DNA of 24,000 bases from Pseudomonadota bacterium. Its GTDB lineage: Bacteria; Pseudomonadota; Gammaproteobacteria; Xanthomonadales; Ahniellaceae. Shown here in pieces: positions 10,393-17,616 of this stretch; positions within the stretch are counted from its first letter, which is position 1, and the number at the start of each line of letters is the position of its first letter. Under the pieces are notes generated by a model. That model worked only from the letters and a program-made list of their open reading frames with translations, searched no databases and had not been told where the DNA came from. The stretch is taken from positions 72,243 to 96,242 of the forward strand of contig DAIMGT010000003.1 of the NCBI GenBank assembly GCA_036723735.1, in the 5' to 3' direction. A program made the translations under genes and the position numbers.

Positions 10393-13047
10393 TCAGGCCG
10401 CGCGCGCGGTGGGCTCGGCGCTGCCCCTTGCCGCGAGCGACGGTGCGGGCACCGGATCGCCCTTCGCCCCCGAGCGCTCGCCCGCGAAAGCCGACACCGT
10501 GCTGCAGGCCACGGCGCACAGGTAGGGCAGCGACTGCGCGGCGAGGATCGCCATCCACAGGTTGCCTTCGAACCATTGGGTGCCGATGTGCTGCACCAGG
10601 CCCGCGATCAGCAGCATGAGGGCGATGAACATCAGGCCTTCCTCGCGCACCGCGGTGAAGGCGCCCGGCCGGCCGCGCAGGCGGCGACTCTTGGCGGTGC
10701 GGGTGAAGGGATGCTCCTTCGCCACCAGGCCCTTGAGCACGCCGCGCGCGATGGCATGCGACAGCGCCATGCTGGCCACCGCAGCGCCCAGCGTGTCGCG
10801 CCACGAGCACGGCACGCGCACGCGATACAGGATGATCCCGAACGCCGCCTTGCAGACGAAGAAGCCCAGCACCGGGATCAGGAACAGGTTCAGCGGCAGG
10901 CTGAACACGTCCGGGTTGTAGAGCATGCCGATCGTCCAGCCGATCGCCAGCAGGGTGAACACCAGGTGCAGTGCGTCGGCGAACCACGAGAACCAGCCGG
11001 TCAGGAAGTGGAAGCGCTGGCCCGCGTCGAGCTGGCCCGGACCCCACAGCCACTCGCGGTGCGCGCGCAGGATCTGCATCGCACCGAAGGCCCAGCGGAA
11101 GCGCTGCGACTTGTACGCGGTGAAGTCGGCCGGCGTCAGGCCGCGGCCGATCGGCTCGTCGACGTAGAGCGCCGAGTAGCCCGCGTTGAACAGGCGCAGG
11201 CCGAGTTCGGCGTCCTCGGTGATGCACCATTCGGCCCAGCGCCCGGTCGCCACCAGCGGCTCGCGCCGGATCAGGGTCATGGTGCCGTGCTGGATGATCG
11301 CATTGCGCTCGTTGCGGTGGTGCATGCCGATCCGGAAGAACCCTTCGTACTCCCAGTTGGTCATGCGCCGGAACGCGTTGTCCTCGAAGTCGCGGTGCGC
11401 CTGCGGGCACTGCACGATGGCGACTTTCGGGTCGTCGAAGTGGCCGACCAGGGCGCGCAGCCAGTTCGGCTGCACCACGTAGTCGGCGTCGACCACGCCC
11501 ACCACCTTGGCGCGCGGGTCGGTCTTCTCCAGGCCGAAGTTGAGTGCGCCGGCCTTGAAGCCGGGCCACGGGCGCAGGTGGAAGAAGCGGAAGCGCGGCC
11601 CCAGTTCGCGGCAGCGCGCCTCGACCGGCTTCCAGATCTCGTCCTTTTCGGTGTTGTTGTCGATCACCAGCACCTCGAAGTGCTCGTAGTCGAGCGCGGC
11701 CAGCGACTCGAGGGTGGCGATCACCATCTCTGGCGGCTCGTTGTGACAGGCGAGATGGATCGACACGAAGGGCCAGTCGGTGCGGTTCGGCTCATGGCGC
11801 AGGCCGGCCTGGCGGCGCCACTTCGGAGTCCAGATCGCCTCCACGAATTCGAAACCGTTGCACAGCAGGATGCCCAGGATCGCGAGCTGCGCTGGCAGCA
11901 GCACGACCAGCATCGCCCAGTCGATCGGATCGAGGTAGAAATCGAACGGCACGCCGATCGACCACACCAGCAAGGCCGCGGCGGCCTGCAGAAGCACGCA
12001 GAAGAACAGCTTGCCCGGCATCCGGAAGCGATCGAAGCGCAGGCAGAACCCCAGCATCGGCATCAGCGCCAGCGCGATCGCCAGCAGCGCCTTGGCCAGC
12101 CACAGCGGGTCCTCCGGCACCGGGCCGGTCAATTGGAACTTCAGTTCGCGGTCGGCGCTGAACATGCCCCAGTAGGCGCCGACCCGGCCTTCGCCGGCTT
12201 CCTTCCACGGCTGGTCGAAGGCTTCCATCACGTAGTAGTCGAGGTTTTCCTTCTCGGCCAGCGCGAAGAACCGACGCAGGAACTGCGCTTCATCCTGCAC
12301 CGAGGGCGTCGCGAACCTGAAGCGGTCGCCGTTGGACGGCCAGCCCACTTCGCCGATCACGATCGGCTTGTCGGGAAAGGCTTCCTGCAGCTCGCGGTAG
12401 CGCTTCATCACGTCGTCGATCGCCACCCGTCGCGGGATGCCTTCCCAGTACGGCAGCAGGTGCACGGCGATGTAGTCGACATGGTCGGCGAGTTCGGGGT
12501 ACTTCAGCCACACGTGCCAGGGCTCGGCGGTGGACACCGGCACGTCCAGCGCCGCGCGCGCACGGTCGAGGTAGGGGATCAACTGCTCGGCCGTGAGGTC
12601 GGAACGCAGGATCGCCTCGTTGCCGACCACCACGCGCTCGATGCTCGGGAAGGCGCGCACCAGCCCGATCAGGGCCATCACTTCCTCGTCGTTGTGCTCC
12701 AGCCGTCGGTCCAGCCAGGCGCCCTGGGTGACGCTGAGGCCGTATTGCATCGCCAGCCGCGGGATCGCCACCGACTCCGTCGACGCATAGGTGCGCACGC
12801 TGCGCCCGTGGCGGGCGAGGATGGCGATGTCGCGCTCGAGCTCCTCGACGCTGGGATAGACGTCCTCCAGCGGGCTCTGGTAGCGCTGAAACGCGGAGAA
12901 CGCGAATCCGTCCACGCGGCCGACGAAGTCCGGCACCTTCGCCGGGCGATGGGTGTAGGACCACAGCGCGAGGTTGGCGAGCGCGACCAGCGCGGCGATG
13001 GCGAGCGCGCGCGCCCACGCGGCGGCGTTTGGACGGGGAGCGGCCAT
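10393..13047 (-). CDS. ndvB: Bifunctional membrane beta-glucan synthase, N-terminal GH17 glucanase/transglycosylase domain fused to processive GT2 glycosyltransferase (NdvB-like)
   Basis: 884 aa from ATG 13047 (AAGGA upstream); it is the real part of the 1146-aa track ORF. GH17 signatures: VVVGNEAIL (acid/base Glu) and PIVIGEVGWPSNG (nucleophile signature E-x-G-W-P-S). Then come TM helices, followed by GT2 processive-synthase motifs VLVIDNNT, VDADYV, ITEDAELGLRL and QRFRWAFG (D,D,D,QxxRW), and more TM helices. Length and domain order match what I recall for P. aeruginosa NdvB. The symbol is by analogy only. Confidence 0.88.
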   Translation of the reverse strand: MAAPRPNAAAWARALAIAALVALANLALWSYTHRPAKVPDFVGRVDGFAFSAFQRYQSPLEDVYPSVEELERDIAILARHGRSVRTYASTESVAIPRLAMQYGLSVTQGAWLDRRLEHNDEEVMALIGLVRAFPSIERVVVGNEAILRSDLTAEQLIPYLDRARAALDVPVSTAEPWHVWLKYPELADHVDYIAVHLLPYWEGIPRRVAIDDVMKRYRELQEAFPDKPIVIGEVGWPSNGDRFRFATPSVQDEAQFLRRFFALAEKENLDYYVMEAFDQPWKEAGEGRVGAYWGMFSADRELKFQLTGPVPEDPLWLAKALLAIALALMPMLGFCLRFDRFRMPGKLFFCVLLQAAAALLVWSIGVPFDFYLDPIDWAMLVVLLPAQLAILGILLCNGFEFVEAIWTPKWRRQAGLRHEPNRTDWPFVSIHLACHNEPPEMVIATLESLAALDYEHFEVLVIDNNTEKDEIWKPVEARCRELGPRFRFFHLRPWPGFKAGALNFGLEKTDPRAKVVGVVDADYVVQPNWLRALVGHFDDPKVAIVQCPQAHRDFEDNAFRRMTNWEYEGFFRIGMHHRNERNAIIQHGTMTLIRREPLVATGRWAEWCITEDAELGLRLFNAGYSALYVDEPIGRGLTPADFTAYKSQRFRWAFGAMQILRAHREWLWGPGQLDAGQRFHFLTGWFSWFADALHLVFTLLAIGWTIGMLYNPDVFSLPLNLFLIPVLGFFVCKAAFGIILYRVRVPCSWRDTLGAAVASMALSHAIARGVLKGLVAKEHPFTRTAKSRRLRGRPGAFTAVREEGLMFIALMLLIAGLVQHIGTQWFEGNLWMAILAAQSLPYLCAVACSTVSAFAGERSGAKGDPVPAPSLAARGSAEPTARAA

Positions 13048-13189
13048 GGGGGTCCTTCGGAAGTGGCGCCCGTCCCGACCTGGGCGCGGGCCAAGCCTAC
13101 CGCAACGCAGCAGAGCGCGGCAGTCCGCCATTCGGGCCCGCTGGGCATGCCGTGGCAGCCTGTCGTGTGCGGGGCTCGGCGACCGCGAA

Positions 13190-13209
13190 TCATGCACTCG
13201 CATGCATGA
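13190..13209. promoter_or_regulatory. Candidate operator: 7-bp inverted repeat TCATGCA-N6-TGCATGA upstream of the glucan synthase
   Basis: tcatgca ctcgca tgcatga is a perfect dyad in a locally AT-richer patch, about 145 bp upstream of ATG 13047. Another GCATGC lies at 13146-13151. No regulator is identified. Confidence 0.25.
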
Positions 13210-13262
13210 CCAGCGCGCGGGCCATTCATGGCCTGCTTGAGACGCTGTTCTTTCGCACCCTC

Positions 13263-14090
13263 TCAGCGCCCGCGGCGCCGCAGCCCCGCCAGGGCCGGCA
13301 CCAGGGCCAGCGCGGCGAACAAAAACAGCGGCAGCATCAGACGCGGCTCGGACAGCAGGCCGATGTCGATCCGCTCGCGGCTGGCGATCACATGCGCCAG
13401 CCCGGCGCCCACAGAGGCGTTCACCGTGCCGGTGAACCAGGCGCCGATCGCGGTGGCGGCCAGAAACAGTGGCCAGCGACAGCCGAGCCAGGCCAGCGCC
13501 ACGCTGAACGGGCCCAGCGGGAACATCGGCAGCAGGCGCATGAAGAAGGTGTAGCTCGCCGGATTGCGCAGGTAGCCGTCGCGCACGCGGGCCAGCAGCG
13601 CGGGCGGCTGGCCGCCCGCGAACCAGTGGCGGGATGCGCCGAACAGCAGACTCGAGCCCAGCAGCCCGCCGGCCATCCCGATCGCCCCGCCGATCCAGGT
13701 GCCGAACAGCACCCCCGACAACACCACGATGGCCAGTGCCCCAGGCAGTCCCGTTGCGATCACCCCGCCGGCGGCCAGCGCGAGGCCCGCCATCGTCGTC
13801 CAGGGATGCGCGCGAGCCTGCGCCTGCAGCCACTGCTGCTGGTCTGCAAGCCGGTCCAGCGCCAGTTCGCGAAACAGGCCGCTGGCCAGCAGGAATGCGC
13901 CGCCGCCGAGCAGGACCAGCAGCGGCAGCGCGCGCGCCAGCCGTGCGCGCCGGCCGCGCTGGAACTGCACCGCCGCATCGACCAGCGGTGCGAGTTTGCG
14001 CGCCTCGGCGACGTCGCGGGCGATGGCGTCGCGGGCGCGCGCGACCGGGTCGGCTTCGCCTTCACCCGCGGGGCGCTGCGTCGGGTCCAT
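13263..14090 (-). CDS. DedA superfamily / TVP38-TMEM64 (VTT domain) membrane protein
   Basis: 275-aa ATG ORF. A charged N-terminal cytoplasmic region is followed by 5-6 hydrophobic helices. It has the glycine-rich re-entrant-type motif FGTWIGGAIGMAGGLLGSSLLFGASR, and MRLLPMFPLGPFSVALAW. Codon third positions are G/C-rich. Confidence 0.78.
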   Translation of the reverse strand: MDPTQRPAGEGEADPVARARDAIARDVAEARKLAPLVDAAVQFQRGRRARLARALPLLVLLGGGAFLLASGLFRELALDRLADQQQWLQAQARAHPWTTMAGLALAAGGVIATGLPGALAIVVLSGVLFGTWIGGAIGMAGGLLGSSLLFGASRHWFAGGQPPALLARVRDGYLRNPASYTFFMRLLPMFPLGPFSVALAWLGCRWPLFLAATAIGAWFTGTVNASVGAGLAHVIASRERIDIGLLSEPRLMLPLFLFAALALVPALAGLRRRGR

Positions 14091-14116
14091 GCGGCTCCAG
14101 CGGCAGACGGAACAAT

Positions 14117-14139
14117 GGCCCGGGCACGCCGCCCGGGCC
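14117..14139 (-). terminator. Possible intrinsic terminator hairpin after the nuclease gene
   Basis: ggcccggg (14117-14124) / cacgccg loop / cccgggcc (14132-14139) gives a perfect 8-bp GC stem. It begins 27 nt downstream of the nuclease stop on the minus strand. It is followed by ATTGTT, which is only a weak U-tract. It also lies just upstream of the DedA start, so read-through is possible. Confidence 0.35.
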
Positions 14140-14165
14140 GGGGAATCGCGTGGCGCCGCGACCGT

Positions 14166-17078
14166 TCAGTCCGCCGCGGTGGCGGGCTCGAAGCCGGCAG
14201 CGAAGATCGAATCCTGCGGCCCGAAACCGGGCAGCGCAATGTAGGCCACGAGCGGATCGTGATCGGACAGACGAACCGGAATCGCCGGGTCGGCGCGGTT
14301 GTCCTCGCCGAAATCGGCATTGATGCGCGCATGTTCGAGCCGGATTCCGGTCGCCGCCTTCGCCAGCGCCCCACTGACCAGGACATGGTCGAGCGACTGC
14401 GCATTGCCACTGAACAGGAAGCTGTAGCGCTCGGTGATCGGCGTGTCCGGAGACAACGCGAGGTTGAGGAAGTCCGGCGTGACCAGATCCACGCCATCGC
14501 CCGGCACCAGGGTTTCGTTGTCCGGCGCGGGAGCGCCGGTGACGACGCCCATCATGTCCACGAAACCGTCGTTGAACTCGAAAGCGTTGAAGTCCCCGAC
14601 CAGCACGATGTTCTGGTTCGGGTTGCCGGTCTGGCGCGCCTGGATGGCGTTGGCCACGAAGCTGGCCTGCTGCAGCCGCTTGAGCCGGACACGATTTCCG
14701 GTGGTGCCGAAACACGCTGCGTCGCCGGTGGCGGCTACGGTACTGTTGATATCGCTGAGCGAGCGGAAGTGATTGACGATCACCGTGATCGGGGCGGTGG
14801 CGCCGTTCCCGGCCGCCACGGTGCCGTTCAGCAACAGCGAAGGACGGTCGTTCAGCAGTTCGGTCGCGACCGGGGTGCCATCGGGGCAACGCAGCAGTTC
14901 CGATGCGCCGAGCTGCTCTACCGCGCCGGTGATCGTCACCCGCGGCGTACTGCCCGTGACCGGCGCCGTCCGCACGAGGAAGCCGACATCGATGCCGCCG
15001 ACGTCGTTGCCCTCCACCAGTCGCGGCACGTACAGCGGGTTGGGCTGGCCTGCGGCCACCGCGTCCACGTTGATCCGGGTCGCGAGCGCCTGCAGCGTGG
15101 CCAGGTTCTCGACCTCCACCACGCCGAGGATGTCCGGTGTGCGCAGGAAGTCTCGGATGCCGATCGAGGCCTTCGCGAGGCGGTTCTGGAACGCCTGCGG
15201 CGTGAGGACCGGCTCGCCGATCGCCGGGTCGTTCTGATCGTCGAAGAACCGCTCCAGGTTGTAGGCGGCGACCGTGATCTCGGCGGCCGTAGGCGCGGAC
15301 GCCGCGGCCGGGGCGCGGCCTCCGGCGATCGCCGGCGCGGCGTCGAAGTCGACCGTAATGCGGTGGTTGCGGAACCCGTAGTCGAGCACGCCCACCACGT
15401 TCGACAGGGTGGCGCCGACGTCGACGTCGATCGAGGCGCGCAGCGTGCCGGCGGCGTTGCGGGCGCGCACGGTCTCGATGTTGAGTTTTTCCGGATTGTT
15501 GTCCCAGCGCGGGATGGTCGCAGGCTGCCCGCCGGCGTCTTCTACCTCGAGGCCTGATTCGCGGAAGGGGCGCGGGACGCCGGAGACCACGCCGTGGAAG
15601 CGCCCGTTGGTGGCGGCGGTGGCGTTGACTTCGCTGACGGTGCCGTCGGTCGGCGCGACCACTTCCAGCACCGGCACGCGTACCCGCATGTTCTCCAGCC
15701 GCTCCAGTTGCTCGACGCCGCCAGTGACCGACGGCGAGGCCGGCGTGAGGTCGACGGGTGCGGGCAACGGATTGCCGGTGGAAATCTGCACGATCGTCGG
15801 CGTCGTCACCTGGGTCAGCGGCTGCTGGTTGGGGTCGGTCGGCGGGATGAACTCCGCCACGGTGCCGGTGACCTGCAGCAGGTTGCCAACCGTAGCCGCC
15901 GCCGAAGGCGCCGAACTGGTGAACACGAACAGGCCTTCCGAGGTGTTCGGGTTCGCGTCCTCGTCGCTGGCTTGCGACTGCAGGTAGAAGCCGTTGTTGA
16001 TGCGGCTGGTGACCACGCCGCGTACCGAGACCGATTGTCCGAGCAGCGGCGACGCGGCACCGGTGCCCTGCAACGTGCCGATCGGGGTCAGGACGACGTC
16101 ATCGTTGCTGATCGTGCCCTGGCCTTGGCCGTCGCTGACGGTGGCGCCGGTCACGTTGGTGACGTTGACGAAGAAAGTCTCGTTGGGCTCGATCGTGGTG
16201 TCGCCGTTGACCGAGACCGCGAAGGTGAATGTGCCGGCCCCCTGTGCGATGGTCTGGCCGGTCAGCGAGGCAGCGACGTAGTCGTTGTCGGCCACCGTCG
16301 CGGTGTTGTCGGCGGTGGCGATGTCGAAGGTCACGCCGCCTGCGCCGGCAGGTTGCGACAGCGAGACGGTGAGCGTTGCGGTCGTGGTTCCGCTGTTGCC
16401 TTCGACCACCGACACGTCGTTGATCGACAGCGCCGGCGTGCCGCCGCCGCCGCAGGGCGCGGCCGCCGTGGCGCTGTTGCGCGGCGCCGGAGCTGCGACC
16501 GTGAAGTCGGTGCCGTTCTGGTTGTTGTCGGTGCAACCGCCACCGCCGCGCAGCGCGGCGGTGGTGTTGGAAAGCACACCGACCGCAGCGGAGCCCTCGA
16601 AGCAGTTGGCCGATCCGTAGCCCACGAAGTCGACGATCTGTGCGCCGGTCGGACAGGCGCCCGTCTGCACGGTCGTTGTGTTGGCGAGCAGCACCTTTCC
16701 GTTGGTGCCCGAAAGGTTGATCGGCGTGCCGCTCATGATGAAGTCGGGCGTCGGGAGGGCCACGCCGTTGCCCGTTCCCGGTGCGAGCTGGATCAGCAGA
16801 TAACGGCCCGGCGCGAGAACGGTGCCGGCGGGGATGTCGAACTTGTTGGTCCAGGACGTGCCGGTCGACGATGAGTACTGGATCGAATGGCCGCTCAGGT
16901 CGACGCTGGAGCCGCCCCGGTTGAAGATCTCGACGAAGTCGTGGGTGAAGGGCGCCCCGACATTGCCACCGCCGCCGTAGGCCTGGCTGATGACCGCCTG
17001 CGCATGCACCGCAGGCACTGCGACACATCCGACGACAAACAGGAACGCGGCACACCCCGCAGACTCGCGCTGCAACAT
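14166..17078 (-). CDS. Secreted ExeM/NucH-type extracellular nuclease: LTD domain + Calx-beta domain + endonuclease/exonuclease/phosphatase (EEP) domain
   Basis: 970 aa from ATG 17078. Signal peptide MLQRESAGCAAFLFVVGCVAVPAVHAQA; a VVGC lipobox-like motif is also present. LTD-like N-terminus: ISQAYGGGGNVGAPFTHDFVEIFNRGGSSVDLSGHSIQYSS...GRYLLIQL. Calx-beta: LSINDVSVVEGNSGTTTATLTVSLS...DYVAASLTGQTI...EPNETFFVNVTNVTGATVSDGQGQGTISNDD. EEP domain: ITVAAYNLERFFD, LGVVEVEN, VIVNHFRS, VLVGDFNAFE, SLDHVLVS, LSDHDPLVAY. Confidence 0.88.
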   Translation of the reverse strand: MLQRESAGCAAFLFVVGCVAVPAVHAQAVISQAYGGGGNVGAPFTHDFVEIFNRGGSSVDLSGHSIQYSSSTGTSWTNKFDIPAGTVLAPGRYLLIQLAPGTGNGVALPTPDFIMSGTPINLSGTNGKVLLANTTTVQTGACPTGAQIVDFVGYGSANCFEGSAAVGVLSNTTAALRGGGGCTDNNQNGTDFTVAAPAPRNSATAAAPCGGGGTPALSINDVSVVEGNSGTTTATLTVSLSQPAGAGGVTFDIATADNTATVADNDYVAASLTGQTIAQGAGTFTFAVSVNGDTTIEPNETFFVNVTNVTGATVSDGQGQGTISNDDVVLTPIGTLQGTGAASPLLGQSVSVRGVVTSRINNGFYLQSQASDEDANPNTSEGLFVFTSSAPSAAATVGNLLQVTGTVAEFIPPTDPNQQPLTQVTTPTIVQISTGNPLPAPVDLTPASPSVTGGVEQLERLENMRVRVPVLEVVAPTDGTVSEVNATAATNGRFHGVVSGVPRPFRESGLEVEDAGGQPATIPRWDNNPEKLNIETVRARNAAGTLRASIDVDVGATLSNVVGVLDYGFRNHRITVDFDAAPAIAGGRAPAAASAPTAAEITVAAYNLERFFDDQNDPAIGEPVLTPQAFQNRLAKASIGIRDFLRTPDILGVVEVENLATLQALATRINVDAVAAGQPNPLYVPRLVEGNDVGGIDVGFLVRTAPVTGSTPRVTITGAVEQLGASELLRCPDGTPVATELLNDRPSLLLNGTVAAGNGATAPITVIVNHFRSLSDINSTVAATGDAACFGTTGNRVRLKRLQQASFVANAIQARQTGNPNQNIVLVGDFNAFEFNDGFVDMMGVVTGAPAPDNETLVPGDGVDLVTPDFLNLALSPDTPITERYSFLFSGNAQSLDHVLVSGALAKAATGIRLEHARINADFGEDNRADPAIPVRLSDHDPLVAYIALPGFGPQDSIFAAGFEPATAAD

Positions 17079-17616
17079 TTGACCCCCGGTGAGGAACGAC
17101 CTGATTGACAGGGCGGCGGAGGCTACCAGCAGTCGCTGACGCTTTCATGTCCGAACCGGTGTGCGGGTCCTGCCTGTGCCGCCCGTGTGAAGGCCGCGTA
17201 GGAGGCGCGAGGTCCACAGACATGCGGGTGCCCGGCAAAGTCGCCAGGTAGCCTACAGCCGATTCCTGCACTCCGTGCCGCGGGACGTGTTCAGAGGCGT
17301 TCCAGGTCGCAGTTCTTGTTCATCCTCGGGCGCGCTTGTGCAAGGCGGGGCGAAGCGATGGGCGGCGCCGACTGCATCCTGCGCGATCGGCGAGGCAGGC
17401 AGCGTTGCAGAAGACGCCACGGAATGCGCCGTGCGCGACGGTGCTTGTGCAGCCTGGGCCGGCCGGCAGGGCGCGAAGCGGCCCGCCGTGAGAAACCGGT
17501 CGAATGCCCTGCGTCCCGCTTTCTGGTTTCGGGCGGGAAGGGCGACGACGATGTTCGGACAGCGCGTGGTTCAAGGCAGTGCGGCAGCGGAGGCCGCTGA
17601 ATCGGATGGGGCGCCG

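Noticed and set aside
9904-13209. 1101-aa plus-strand ORF; also 13029..15557 (+) and 15594..16874 (+)
   Set aside because: These lie antisense to the GH17-GT2 synthase, DedA and nuclease genes, which carry clear catalytic signatures. The translations are dominated by R/Q/H/E/A runs.
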